Part shown: piece by piece, positions 13,031 through 26,757 of the stretch
Position numbering within the stretch: position 1 is the first letter of the stretch
Layout of the letters: every line of letters begins with the position of its first letter
NCBI GenBank assembly: GCA_951406725.2
Contig: OX597818.1
Coordinates: 41,478,001-41,542,000, forward strand
From: Octopus vulgaris
Taxonomy: Eukaryota
Length of the DNA: 64,000 nucleotides
Direction: 5' to 3'
The notes under the pieces: generated by a model
Told to the model about the DNA's origin: nothing
The model's database searches: none
The model's input: the letters and a program-made list of their open reading frames with translations, nothing else
Translations under genes and position numbers: made by a program

Positions 13031-13336
13031 GACAGAATTTACTCATAGAGTGTTGGTCAACCTGAAGCTAATGTAAAAAACTCTTGGCCGAGGTACCTCA
13101 TCTTGTAACCGAACTCAAACCCACGTAATTGTGAAGCGAACTGCTTAACTACAGTCATGTATGCATCTATGTAAAGTATACGGCGTACATAACATTTCAT
13201 ATCGTCTTTGATGACACGAGAGACAACTGATGACAAGAATAGGTTGCACAAATTGCGTACTCATTCTGCGTTATTGTCGTACAATATGCGATTGATTAAC
13301 AAGACTATATGTTTGCATATTATCTAAATTATTTAT

Positions 13337-13623
13337 TGTTGTTTGTTCCTTCTCGAGCCATGCCTGGCTTATAAGGACCGGTTTTTCGGTTTCCTTGCCG
13401 TATAGGTTCCCCACCTGGACGGGATGCCGGTCTGTCGCAGGTGAGCTGCAAGATGCAGAAGGAAAGAGTGAGAAAAAGAGTCAGCAGATGTTTGCCATTA
13501 CCTTCTGCCGGAGCCGGGTGGAGCTTAGGTGTTTCGCTCATAAACACACACATCGCCCGATCTGATATTCGAACCCGCGATCCCTCGACCGCGAGTCCGC
13601 TGCACTATGCCACGTGCCTCCAC
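13337..13623 (-). mobile_element. SINE family 3 copy
   Basis: Highly similar to 10976-11282 and flanked by ATTATTTAT repeats. Confidence 0.8.
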
Positions 13624-15000
13624 ATATTATTTATAGTACATGCGGTTTTTCCCTAACTCTTGACTTAGAGCTGTGCTTTGCTCATTCTTTCGCCAGATTG
13701 TTCGCTTAGACATCATTGTATATATAATGTTTTTCTTACTTTGTATACTATTTCTTTTTTTTTTTTTTGGCTGTATGTTGAGATTTGATACGAGAAAACC
13801 TCGTTCTGTCTCAATTGAATAAACTCTCTCACCATTTTGTTAACGACCCGAGGCTAGTCATTTTATGAGTAGCTATTTTAATTTACTTCATTTCTGAATT
13901 GTTTGTTAGTAGACAGAACTCAATGCAGAAGACGAATAATGAAACATTTCACTAGATTTCACTTGATTTCAGTACACTAACAGAAACATGTCCGTGTTTA
14001 GTGATTTTTTGTTTGTTTTCTTTTTTCTCAATGTAGTTTCCATATTCAGTTAAAATTATTGCTTTGTCTGTGTTGTTCTTTGTCTGCTGCTTTGTTCCTT
14101 CAGTGTTCGTATTGAAATACTTCCACGTTGGTAAGTGGCTTGACAAGCGTCGAAGAGAAATTATAATGTCCCGTCTAAACGGTTTCTAGTCTCACTTTCC
14201 TTGCACAAATTCCTCTTTTACGTCGCTAAAGCCCTTAGTAGTGAAATTCACTTACGTTAAAAATTATCATTTTTGGAGAAGGCAAGTGTCATAATGTAGA
14301 AGGTAATCGATGGAAAAAGTAATTAATATGAAAATGAGGCTCACTTCCAATTTTCGATTACAGCTATTTCAACCATATCCCTAATACTCTTCACAAAGGT
14401 ATGAACATCTCAATTCCAGTTGCCTTATCATTCTAAAATGTTTTACACTTCACATTTGTTTTGGATTGCGTTCCAAGCTGCCTTCAGTGATACAGTGAAA
14501 GAATTATGTTAATCTGCTCTAGAAATCAGATATACATTTTAGAAAACATATATGTAATTTATATAATATTATTTCTCTGTCCGTCCATTGGTCTGTGGAA
14601 GTTGTGAAATTTGAAGTCATGAAAACATTCTTTATTGTGAATAAAAATAATTCACTGAAATTTATCATTTACCGCTTCTTTTATGAATGAGGAAGTTTCG
14701 CCTTAGATTTCATTGAAATCTTAATTTGGCATTGTAGACAAAATTATTATAAAAAAAGAATTATCTGTGATATTTATCATCTGTCACAAATATTACTAAC
14801 ATACACACGCATATTCACAAATGCTTACAAGATCTTCTAGAAATAGTAACCATGTCTCCATCAAATCATCTAGAGAAATATCATAATGATAAAAACAAAG
14901 TCTTGACTAATTGAAATTAATATGGATATTGAATAATGTAAATAACGAGTTTGCAGATTATGAAATAAAATATTTTTGAAATAAACATTTTTTGTTATTA

Positions 15001-15170
15001 CGGAGATGTACTTACATAGCGAGATGCAGCACGAAGTTTTGTCAGTGAACAGGTCGCGGTCTCAAAGCGACGAAAATATTTTGACAAATTAAATTTAAAT
15101 GTCGAAGTGAATCTAACGGTTTTTGTGTGTTTCTTAAATGACTTACAAACACGTTCCACGCTGCAATTTT
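15001..15170. mobile_element. Tc1/mariner-type MITE fragment retaining the left TIR
   Basis: TA|CGGAGATGTACTTACATAGCGAG. The body is near-identical to 41770-41915, and that copy carries the complementary right TIR. Confidence 0.6.
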
Positions 15171-15380
15171 TTGTTAAGCAATGTTAAAAGATTATTTACT
15201 ATGCTTTCGCTGGGAAAAACTACCTAAATTTCAATAATATACCCAATTAAAAAGCACTTGCTATAACATATATTTTTTTCTGAAGAAGAAAAGAGACTTT
15301 TCAAAGACTTTTATATTTAAACTGAACATTTTTTAAATATTAAATGGACAAACAATTTAATTCTAAAATATTTTCCTTTT

Positions 15381-15406
15381 TCCGTCAGTAACGGGCATTG
15401 AGCTAG
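15381..15406 (+). mobile_element. Helitron-like 3' terminus
   Basis: Hairpin tCCGT-cagta-ACGGg followed by cattgag-CTAG|T. The 5' end was not located. Confidence 0.4.
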
Positions 15407-15520
15407 TATATATTGTTTTAAGAATACGAAAATCGTCTACCGCATTGCAGGTGATCCATCTGTCTTTTGACTGTATGTTAGGTAATATAACATATTTAGA
15501 CCATTAATATTTTAGTTTGT

Positions 15521-15734
15521 TTTACTCTTTAACTCTTTTACTTGTTTCAGTCATTTGACTGCGGCCATGCTGGAGTACCACCTTTAGTCAATCGAGCAAA
15601 TCCACCCAGGACTTATTCTTTGTAAGCCTAGTACTTATTCTATCGGTCTCTTTTGCCGAACCGCTAAGTTACGGGGACGTAAACACATCAGCATCGGTTG
15701 TCAAGCGATGTTGGGGGGACAAACACACACACCA

Positions 15735-15805
<71 letters not shown>

Positions 15806-15961
15806 CGTCGGGCTTCTTTCAGTTTCCGTCTACCAAATCCACTCACAAGGCTTTGGTCGGCCCGAGGCTATAGTAGAAGACACTTGCCCAAGGTTCCACG
15901 CAGTGGGACTGAACCCGGAACTATGTGGTTGGTAAGCAAGCTACTTACCACACAACCACTC
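15521..15961 (-). mobile_element. SINE family 1 copy
   Basis: Reverse complement is colinear with 59678-60082, with an expanded internal (CA)n(TA)n. Confidence 0.85.
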
Positions 15962-16933
15962 TTTTTTTTTTCTGTTTCTTTATCGCTTTCAGTGACTTCA
16001 TACCGAGCCAACGTGGGGACATCCATATAGTTTCGTAACTAACTAGAAATAGCACAAAGTGTTTCAAATCACATCCTATGGCCTTAGAAAATAAGAACAC
16101 AGAAACATGTGGTCCTGTACAAATAGCATACCTAAAACAAACAAACGCGAATTAAAAAAAAAATAGAATGGTTACAGTTGGAGCACCTTTGATCATAATT
16201 CTGCTCAGTCGCTCTGACTTGCGGCTAATCAACAATTTTCCGTGCGGCCGGTCCCTATTCTTTGTTGTATGTTCTAATGTACATGTTTAATCATGAATGA
16301 CTATTCATTTCAGATTTACGAATCAGCTAATTGCTGACTCATACAAGCAGATTCTTCTTGGATAAAGCCAGTTGAAGATAGTTGATCTGGAACCCTTGAA
16401 ATTTACGCATGCGTTTCAGAAAAAAAATGTTGCTTAAATTTGGTAGCTTTTCTGAATAATCAAATAATTGTGAGCTTTGAAAACCAAATCATTGAAATAT
16501 AATGACGTCATACAAATTGTGGGAAGAAAGATGTTTGTGAAGTTGACACATGCATTCAGTTCCTCTGCACGTTCTTTCATGCAAAACTTCAAGATTCTAT
16601 CATCTTTATACATACATACGTATATTAATACATACATGCATACATACATACATACATACATACATACATACACATAAAACATGCATATGTGTGTGCGAAT
16701 GCGTATGTATGTATGTATGTATGTATGTACGTATGTATATACATATACAGAAATACAAATGTATAGACAGACAGACAGACAGACAAGCAGGCAGACAGGC
16801 AGACAGATAGACAGACAGACAAGCAGGCAGACAGACAGACAGATAGACAGACAGACAAGCAGGCAGACAGACAAGCAGGCAGACAGACAAGCAGGCAGAC
16901 AGACAAGCAGGCAGACAGACAGAAAGACAGACT

Positions 16934-16995
<62 letters not shown>

Positions 16996-17539
16996 AGGTT
17001 ATAGCGTTCATGACGACATTCTAAAGATAAAGGAAGTAGTCCAGATCTACGACAGCATTTCTCTACTTTGAGTAAGATTTCGTCTATTTTGTTGCCCGTA
17101 GATTACTCCTGGACATTACCATAGAGTTTCCATTAATCATCTTCACGTACACATCTGATACATAAAAAAAAATATGATGAAACTCTCTACGTTCAATTTT
17201 CACACTCCTATAAATTAGCAACCTTACACTTAACTAAGCTTTTAATAGCGTGATGAATAACATAAATAAATATTCTTCGTGGGCCGAGTTAAGCAGCTTA
17301 ATTTTATGTCAATTTCTGCAGCCATTACATTTCATTCATGTTCTAAATTCTTTTTGGAATGCCATGAGTGCCTCAACATCACAACTTGTAATCCCCTGTC
17401 ACTATAGAGCAGGTATGGCCAAGCTTTGTCGAGAAGCGGGCCACATGAGTTATGGCTTATCATGAAGCAGGCCGTACTACTAAAAAAACTAGATTTTTTT
17501 TTCTTTTTAAGCGCGCCATTCGTTAAGTTTCGCGAGTTG

Positions 17540-17965
17540 GGTTCTTTTCGGTTTGAACGCCAGTTTTTTCTAGCGGTGTCATATGAACTTGTCATCCATA
17601 ATTATGACCCTAGTATCGATCTATTGTATTTCAATCTGTTTTAGGGTTAGTTAGGGTTAGGTTTAGGGTTGGGGAGAAGGGTATCTTTTTTTTTTCAGAA
17701 ATATAAATAAACCCAATCTGTTTCTTAAACGAGGGACATATTCATACGGCACAGAATGTTTTCACCTCAATAGACGTCATTGATTGGTTGAAATTGCAGA
17801 AATTGAAGAAAAAAACAACAAATATCTTACAAGCTATAGAATTTTCTCAATAAAGCCAAGAGAAAAAGATGTTTTATAATCACATTCTACCAGTATACGA
17901 AGTTTAAAAGTGTTTAGCTACGTGGAAATTATTTTTAAAAACTGCCGTTCAAACGGAAAAGATCC
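17540..17965. mobile_element. TIR element (MITE) with GG termini and an internal TTAGGG-like tract
   Basis: TIRs GGTTCTTTTCGGTTTGAACGCCAGTTTTT / AAAAACTGCCGTTCAAACGGAAAAGATCC. The flanks gcgagttg/gctgtttg may be a decayed 8-bp TSD. Superfamily uncertain. Confidence 0.75.
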
Positions 17966-19544
17966 GCTGTTTGCTTGTGACTACTATAAAAGCACACGTA
18001 AAAATTAAAACTGGTACACGCTCTAACTACTACATATCAGGATAAAATTCGAACTCATTTCATCTATGTCTCCAAGCTACTGTTCAGTACATATGTTGTT
18101 TATTACATTTGCCACAACACGAGTAGCGGGAATTCACAGTAATTCCAACAGTAGCATTCATATTGTGAAATTCTATCCGGTAATGGCTTTTCCTGTATTT
18201 ATTTATTTACTTATATTTATTTCCATTCATCGTGTTAACGTGTGTCTGTTATCCATCCACTCTGCATTTCCCCCACTCCCGTCTGCCACCGTTTTAATCC
18301 CGCTTTAATACAAATAGAGTGGTATTCATAGCCCGAGATAAGAAAAAAAAAATTGCTCTTATTCGCTCGAAAGAACACGCAAATTTCAATCAGTTCTCTA
18401 AGAATTGAGTTTGATCGAGTTTTATTGCCAATTTTCTGACAATTTAGCAGAGCTGGACGGAAGCGTGGAGAAATTGAAATACTGTGATCAAAGGGGCGAT
18501 TACTCTGTATTTCCGAACCGGAACACATTTATGTCACGACGTTTCTCTAACAAATGTTCGGATAAATTCCCGTATTATTCGATAAACATTCTTCATTGTC
18601 CCTCCATCTTTTTATCAGCAGCCATTTCCAGTAGGAAGAAAGCAAAATTTGGTGTAAAATACTTTACATCTTTTCATTCCTTTCTTTTCTTTGTCTTTTA
18701 TTTATTTGTTTTTTGTTGTTTTTTTTTTCTTTCTTTCTCTCTTTCTTTATAACTGATTCGTCTTTTATTTTTCGGCAACTACCATTTCTTCTCTCTATTT
18801 GCGGTTTTCATTAATTTAACCAATCGTAAATAATTCAACAAAGATTAAAGAAAGAAAAGAAAAAAAAACGAATACGTTCTTTGTTGTTGTTGTTGTTGTT
18901 GTTATTGCTGCTGTTTTATGTTTTGTTGTTGTTGTTGTTGTTGTTGTTTTTCATTTCATTTCATATCTTTCCTCTACAATAAAAAATAAAATTTCTTGTT
19001 ATTTTCAAGCCACGCAGTGAATCATTTATAAAACCTTTTAAAAATCTGCTGCAAAAAAAAATCTAACACAACAGCAACAACAACAACAAAGCAAGCAATC
19101 TCACTCTCGTAAATCTATTGATAGAAGCAACAACTCATCAACACCAACGACGAAGAACCCGTTGACGTTTATGATGATGCTTACGATAATGATATCTTAA
19201 TGACAGTTTTTAATCTTAGGCGAGAAAATAAAGCTGCCTCATATCTAAATGTACAACTGATTGCCGTACGCCGAAGACAGGCAAATACCTAGAAACTGCA
19301 GTCCGTGCGTATCACTTAGGTTTACGAGAGAGGGATGACCTCCCTTTGCAAATACCATAAGGGCACAAAGTGTGCCTAAAGCCAGCTGGAGACGATGATC
19401 TCCTGAGACTAAAAGCTACAGTAACACCCACCCTTAGTGGTTAGCCATATTGAGATGGCTAGTATACTTTACGTAGTATTTATCTAAAAACTTGTATAAG
19501 TAGCGGACGCAATAAACTATGGTCGAGATTGTCCAGTTTGATAA

Positions 19545-19705
19545 TAATAATTTATGTTGATGTTGCGTGCCTCTTTGACCCGCGAGTAGTCAAGATGGAA
19601 GGTGAAAAAATAGACACATACAATCCCCTTAAATACGGGATAGTTCGACTGTGGAAAAAGGAAGAAGGTGAAGATAGTGCCAATTATTGTTGGGTTCCTG
19701 AGGGA
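19545..19705 (+). pseudogene. Frameshifted Dong/R4-type RLE domain relic
   Basis: IIYVDVACLFDPRVVKMEGEKIDTYNPLKYGIVRLWKK, then after a frame change VKIVPIIVG. This is the D..D..E.EK..KY..L..LW..PIIVG pattern of RLE domains. Confidence 0.65.
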
Positions 19706-20636
19706 TATGCATACACAGTGTAGACCCAATCAACCTCACTGGTTTTGCCACTCTCATCCAACTTTTGATAAACACACCATAAAACAGCACCTCCCCTTCT
19801 ATCTTATTCAAATGATACTTGAAGAAATTGATGAGAGCTTGGCCAGTTAGGGCAGTGCTGGACTCATCTTCAAATTTTTTAGACGAGTCCATCAACAAAT
19901 TTTGTTATTTGACATAACTGAAAAGACATAAGTAAAAAAAACATTAAAACGATAAGCCCATTATAAGACCAAAAATTTTCCTTAAAGATTCATTCTTACC
20001 GCTTCTCGTATGTTCGATATAAGCTTTTGTAAATCACCCTATGCCAGGCTGCGTCATTACTCAAAATTATGAATAGTTTTGAAAGTAGTAAGTGTAATAC
20101 ACAAATCTGGAAAAAAAAATGCAATCGACTTTTCTTTCAACTTCGTACAGAACACATGATATCTATGACATTACTAAGCTAGAGATTATTTCATCGTATA
20201 TTCAACAACTTCCTTGTTAATCCAATTGTAAGTCAAGCAGATCAACCTTTCCATTAGTAAGTCGTGGTGAGATTGATATAAATACTTAGTAGAGAGCAAA
20301 GTGCAAGAACAGAAACTGCTTTGAGAGCATATTTTAAAGGCGTGAAAAGAAAAATAGAAAAAGGTTTAATATAGAATATGACTGATCTTGTCATATGACA
20401 TATACTCAAACATGCAGGCTATTTTAACCATTTCTTTGATTTAGGCGTGGCCGTGTGGTTAATAGTTTGCTTCACAATCACATGGTTCCAGGTTCAATGC
20501 TACTGGGTGACATTTTGTGCGAGTGTATGTTACTGTAGTCCCGAGCTGACCAAAGCCTCCTGAGTGGATTCGAAAGACAAAGTGAAAGAAACTCGTCGTA
20601 TATGTGTGTATGTGTGTATGTGCGCGCACGTGTGTA

Positions 20637-20713
<77 letters not shown>

Positions 20714-20720
20714 GTGTTTG

Positions 20721-20761
<41 letters not shown>

Positions 20762-20819
20762 CGGTGGTGCCCCAGCATGGCCGCAGCCTTCGGTCTGAAA
20801 CATTATTAAGGATTTAAGG

Positions 20820-20910
<91 letters not shown>

Positions 20911-21215
20911 TATATACATACATTTGTATGTGTATGTGTGACTTTGTGTTTGTCCCCCCACCACCACTTGACAACCGGTTTTGTTTGTTTATGTCAGCCT
21001 AACTTAGCAGTTCAGCAAAAAGAGCCCGATACAGTAAGTGCCAGGCTTGAAAGAAAAAAAAAGATAAGTAGATAAGTCCTGGGACCGATTTGTTCGATTA
21101 AAACCCTTCAAAGCGATGCTCCAGTATGACTGTAGTCCAGTGGCTGAAACAAGGAAAAGCTAAAACATAAAAACGATACGAGGCAAAACAGAGCGTATAA
21201 GAAGGCTGCCTGGCA

Positions 21216-22154
21216 CAGTGGTTCTCAGCAGGGGTCCATATGACCTAAAAGGTCCATATAAGATTTAGCTGTTACAATTTGTGCCAGAAATTGCTTATAC
21301 TTTTACAATACCAAAAATATTTGCAATTTTCTATACGATTCTTAAGAATATTTAATTACAAAAATACAGTAGGATTTTTTAAATATACAGTGAATGGAAT
21401 GCGGCGAGCTGGCAGAAACGTTAGCATACCGGGCGAAATGCTTAGCGGTATTTCGTCTGCCCTTACGTTCTGAGTTCAAATTCTGCCGAGGTCGACTTTG
21501 CCTTTCATCCTTTCGGGGTCGATTAAATAAGTACCAGTTACGCACTGGGGTCGAAGTAATCGACTTAATCCTTTGTCTGTCCTTGTTTGTCCCCTCTATG
21601 TTTAACCCCTTGTGGGTAAGAAAGTAACAGGTATTTCGTCTGTCTTCATGTTCTGAGTTCAAATTCCGCCGAGGTCGACTTTGCCTTTCCTCCTTTTGGG
21701 GTCGATAAATTAAGTACCAGCTGCATACTGGGGTCGATCTAATCGAATGGTCTCTTCAAAAATTTCGGGCCTTGTGCCTAGGGTAGAAAAAAATATTTTA
21801 AGGCGGCGAGCTGGTAGAAACGTTAGCACGCTGGGCGAAATGCTTAGCAGTAGTTCACCTGACTTAACGTTCTGAGTTCAGATTCCACCGAAGTCGACTT
21901 TGCCTTTCATCTTTTCGGAGTCGATAAATTAAATACCAGTTGCATACTGGGGTCGATCTAATCTACTGGCCCCCTCCCCAGAAACTTCGGACCTAGAGCA
22001 GAGTTTGCCCACCCCGGACCCCACAAAAAAACACATTTTGCCTATAGCAGACCCAAAAGTGCTCCCCCTTTAAAAGTGCCACCCCTTTAAAAGTACCCCC
22101 GCCTAGCTACGCAAGTGGATCCATGGACAAAAAACGAACGGCTGAGAACCACTG
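21216..22154. mobile_element. hAT/Charlie-type MITE with nested SINE-2 units
   Basis: TIRs CAGTGGTTCTCAGC / GCTGAGAACCACTG. SINE-2 units occupy 21401-21995. Confidence 0.65.
21401..21995 (+). mobile_element. SINE family 2 array of three units
   Basis: A full unit, a headless unit and another full unit; the B-box GAGTTCARATTC occurs three times. Confidence 0.8.
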
Positions 22155-22597
22155 AACTAGTATATTCATCGAATAGACGCAAGACAAAGATGTCGGTATA
22201 CTACTACATTCAAGAAACATCACCAACTGCAAATCTCGTCTCTATAGTTTATACTCTCCGTTTAATTGACCTTGTGTTTAGTCAAAAAGAAATCAGCATT
22301 GCAGTCTTAAGATATATTCAGCCTATGGCTATATAGTTGGCGAAAAACTACTGCCGCTCATATATTAAATCTTAACTTTTTATTGCCTTTTCTAATGAGT
22401 TGAGAAATGGCTTTCCGTTGACAAATTTTCCATTCCGTTTCAATCTCTTAGACTTCGTTAATGTTCCGTAAAGATCATTTAGGATTTTCTTCTTTTCTTT
22501 TCTATTCTTTGTCTTTCTTTCTAATCTTTTCCTTCCACTCACGATTAATATGATTTCTTTTTCTCATTCTTCTTCTCCTACTCCTTCTTCTTCTTTG

Positions 22598-22906
22598 TCT
22601 TCTTCTTCTTCTTCTTCTTCTTCTTCTTCTTCTTCTTCTTCTTCTTCTTCTTCTTCTTCTTCTTCTTCTTCTTCTTCTTCTTCTTCTTCTTCTTCTTCTT
22701 CTTCTGTAGTGCTGTTTGGTACTCCTTCAACTGCTTCTTAGAAAACTTCTCCTTCTTATACTTCTCTCTCTCTCTCTCTCTCCCTCTCTCTCTCTCTCCA
22801 TCTATCTATCTATCTATCTATCTATCTATTTATCTCTATCTCTATCTCTCTATCTATCTCTATCTCTAGCTCTCTCTCTCTCTCTCTGTCCATCTCTCTC
22901 TGTCCA

Positions 22907-22939
<33 letters not shown>

Positions 22940-22944
22940 CTCTC

Positions 22945-23005
<61 letters not shown>

Positions 23006-23152
23006 TTACCAATCTTATCCATCTTTCTGTATCACGCATTGTCTATCTCCCAATCTATTTATCTATCACCCTTCCTAACAATCTCTCCCTTTTCTCTCTC
23101 TCTTCTTTCTGTTAACCAATTTACCCTACGTTTTATTCATAATATATATAAT

Positions 23153-23249
<97 letters not shown>

Positions 23250-23257
23250 CATACATA

Positions 23258-23291
<34 letters not shown>

Positions 23292-23294
23292 CGT

Positions 23295-23345
<51 letters not shown>
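22598..23345. repeat. Compound microsatellite block (TCT)n/(TC)n/(TATC)n/(TA)n/(CA)n
   Basis: Visible directly. Similar blocks at 12420-13025, 16610-16995, 27430-27890 and 32700-33180. Confidence 0.95.
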
Positions 23346-23346
<1 letters not shown>

Positions 23347-24069
23347 CTTCGTCTCTCTTTATCTTTCCATCTGTTAGTCTATCAACCAACCCCTTATCGA
23401 TCCATCTGTGAAGAACAAGTTGTATAAATAGTTTCCAGACCATTTCCAAATAGATAAATGCCAGGCAGTGTCTACATTCAATGACCTGTATAAATCTTTG
23501 ACAGTTTGACTTTTGAGTTCCATGTTACTAAATTTCGCCGTGCTTTCTCTACCAGTCATTCATTTCTTAGTTGCCTTAACAACACTGAGAAGGTGCACGT
23601 GGCCGAGTAGTTAAAGTGTTGCACACACGATCGCAAGGCCGTGGTTTCGATTCCCAGACCAGACTGTGCATTGTGTTCTTGAACAAACCACTACATTTCA
23701 CCACATTTTCTGCTCCAAACGTGTAACCTTGCGACAGACTGACGTCCTGTTTAAGGACAAGTTGTGATCTCGGTCACTCATACGCCTTGGAAACCGAGTA
23801 ACTGACCCTATGAGTCTAGAACTCGAGGCTTTTCAGCAACACTGTCAGCGAGCCAGCGTGGATGCCAAAACGCGGTCGTGTAGTTGGTTTGCTAAAATAG
23901 CCAATAATCTTGCTTTAAATTATAGCCTGTCGAGCTTGCTTCCCAACCACATGGTTCTGGGTTCAGTCCTACTCTGTGGCATCTTGGGCAAGTGTCTTCT
24001 GCTATAGCGTCGGGCCGACCAAAGCCTTGCGGGTAGATCTGGTAGACGGAAACTGAAAGAGGCCCGTCG

Positions 24070-24200
24070 TGTCCCTTTCTGTAGAAGAGCGTAGGCTCGA
24101 AACATAAAAGACTTTTTCTATTCCTGAGCGTTATACTAATACATCTGTTTGTTTTGTACACCACCTGTCTTCGTCTTTTGTTTTTCGTAAACTCTCCCTA
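24070..24200 (+). mobile_element. Family A remnant, 5'-truncated just before its hammerhead-like motif (24075-24110)
   Basis: CTTT-CTGTAGA-A-GAGCGTAGGCTC-GAAAC-ATA-AAAG. Ends ...ctctccc then (TA)n. Joined directly to a SINE-1 head. Confidence 0.6.
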
Positions 24201-24225
24201 TATATATATATATATATATATATAG

Positions 24226-24515
24226 AACGTTACCCTCCCAGGCACAAGCCCGGGAAAGGTTATTTATGGAAGACCTGCAGTCGCCTATGCCTACAGGCCT
24301 CCCCTCTACACGTCACCAGTGTTATCCACGGGAAAGGCAAAGGCCGCTACAGCTTGGCACCTGTGACATCGCAACTCATTTCTACAGCTGAGTGAACTGG
24401 AGCAACGTAAAATAAAGTGTCTTGCTCAAGAACGTAACACGCAGCCCTGTCCGGGATTCGAACTCACAACCACACGATCGTAAGCTCGACGCTCTAACCA
24501 CTGAGCCATGCGACT
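24226..24515 (-). mobile_element. CORE-like SINE with a distinct tail
   Basis: Minus-strand head GCATGGCTCAGTGGTTAGAGC..GAGTTCGAATCCC and TTCTTGAGCAAGACACTTTATTT, then a tail not shared with the other families. Related heads at 9990-10285 and 23590-23830. Confidence 0.7.
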
Positions 24516-24540
24516 TCAGATAAACACCCACACACAGATA

Positions 24541-24576
<36 letters not shown>

Positions 24577-25181
24577 TTTGTTTTTGCGTTTCTCCCCCAC
24601 TGCCTCTTGTTTTTTCCTACTATTTTTTCATATACATATTTTTGCAATGTTTATATGCTATAGCCTATACTACAACTAATACAACAGTATATTTACTCTG
24701 CATTCACAGATGTAAACTCGGAGTATACAACATTATGTTAAATCTTAATGTAAATGCTTTTCGTAGTGCATACACAGCAGACTTGCAATGTGCTGATATA
24801 TATGTTTGTGCCGGGGTCGACAAATTAAGTACGAGTTGCATAGTGGGGTCGTATCTTATTTATCGACCGAAAGGATGAAAGGCAAAGTCGACCTCGGCGG
24901 AATTTGAACTCAGAACGTAGCGGCGAAAATACCGTTTGGGCACTTCGTCCAGCCTAGAGTCTGAAATGGATATATATATATATATATATATATATGTTTG
25001 TGCCGGGGTCGACAAATGTATGTATGTATGTACTGTATGTATGTATGTATGTATGTATGTATGTATGTATGTTTGTGTGTGTGTATGTATATATGTGTGA
25101 GTGCGTGTGTGCGTGTGTATGTGTGTGTGTATCTTTGTAGTGCAACAAATCTCATATGACATTTCTTGTTTTATATTACAG

Positions 25182-25304
25182 ACTTATCAGCGATCTTGAT
25201 CTCTATGTGCTTCGCTTTACAAATTTTGGCAAAGAATTTCCAAAGTCACAGAATATGAGTCCAGACTCCTTCATCCAGCTAGCTTTGCAATTGACCTATT
25301 ATAA
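25182..25304 (+). CDS. ChAT: ChAT internal exon (FGKEFPK / SPDSFIQLALQLTYY)
   Basis: ttatattacAG / GTAAGT. Reads (K)LISDLDLYVLRFTNFGKEFPKSQNMSPDSFIQLALQLTYY+AA, containing the SPDxFIQLALQL family signature. 123 nt, phase 2 to 2. Confidence 0.94.
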
Positions 25305-25707
25305 GTAAGTACCTTGTGAACTTTTTGTAAATATGTATATGCTATATTTTCTTTGCTTCTCTCTGTCAATCTCTCCCTCCCTCTCTCTTTCTCTCTTTAT
25401 CTATCAATATCTCTGTGACTCTCACTCATGTACTCTCTTTCTCTCTCTTTCTCTGTCTGTCTGTCTGTCTCTCTGTCTCTCTGTCTCTCTCTCTCGCTCT
25501 CGCTCTCTCTCTGTCTCTCTCTCTGTCTCTCTCTCGCTCTCTCTGTCTCTCTGTCTCTGTCTCTCTTTCGCTCTCTCTCTCTCCCTCTCTCTCTCCCTCT
25601 CTCCCTCCCTCCCTCTCTCTTTCTCTTCCATTCGTCATTCTCATTCATTTTCTCCCGCTTTCGATATATGTATGTATGTGCACGTTTCTATCTATGTGTA
25701 CGTGTGT

Positions 25708-25781
<74 letters not shown>

Positions 25782-26391
25782 GTGTGTGTGCGTGTTTGCA
25801 GGTGTGTAAGGTTATATGTTTTCCCTATGGCAACGTCACACAAAACGACTTTGAAAATTCAGTGCTGACCAAAGATGGAGAGGTTGTAATCTGTTAAAAT
25901 CTGATGTTTTGACATTTAAGGCAACCTTTTGTCTTTGAATTTGATTGTCGTCGAAACCAATTATGTCTACACTGAACCAATGGGAAAGCCTCTACATTAT
26001 TGTATAGGTTATTGCCCGTGTAATAGTGATCTGTGTGATAGAGCTAGTTGTCCTGGGCAAGACATTACACTGCATCTGATGGTAAGGCTCCAGCTTGGGA
26101 GCTCAGGAGTTTTTATGAGTATGGCGTTATCCTTCAGTCACTACTATTTTCATTTCTGCCCTTGCCTTGGGTGGTAATATCTCCAATTATGGAGTGAAAT
26201 AGTTACAGATAGTCTAGTGGCTAATGCTTACACGATTTTGGAGAAGAACTGGCTCCTACACATGTATTACACCGACCCACCATTGTGTGCCGATGTTACA
26301 CGAACCAGTCACCCAGCCTAATTCTTAAACAGAACCTAGCCTTCAAGAGTAAGCTCAACAGAGCAGGAGACAGGCAGAGTAGGTTCTAAAT

Positions 26392-26757
26392 CAGGGTTTC
26401 TCAACCATATTTTATCTATAGACCCTTTTGGTTACTATTTTATTCTGGTGAACTCCCATAGCCATTTGATGTTTAAAAACTAGTTTTATAGAAACTTCTT
26501 TCAAAATTCTTATTTTGTTTTTCACACATTAACTTGTGTAGGTTGAAATGTTAGACAAAAAATTACCTTTTTTTTTCTTTCATTTTTTTCCTTTTTTGCA
26601 ATACATACCATTACATACACCTAAAGCAAAATTATTTTAGGAGCCCTCAAAATACTATTGTAGATTCCCTGATTTACATTTTTTTTTTTTTGGCGTGGAT
26701 CCCAAAAAACTTATATGGGCCCTCAGGAACCATATTGACCCCGGTTGAGAATCACTG
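26392..26757. mobile_element. hAT/Charlie-type MITE
   Basis: TIRs CAGGGTTTCTCAACC / GGTTGAGAATCACTG with 8-bp flanks ttctaaat/ttcaaagt. Confidence 0.7.

Noticed and set aside
16314-16365. Possible alternative terminal exon (ttcAG, in-phase KFTNQLIADSYKQILLG*)
   Set aside because: Only 16 codons, no homology and a weak pyrimidine tract; expected by chance.
17641-17674. True telomere or chromosome-fusion scar
   Set aside because: Only a few imperfect TTAGGG units, internal to a TIR element.
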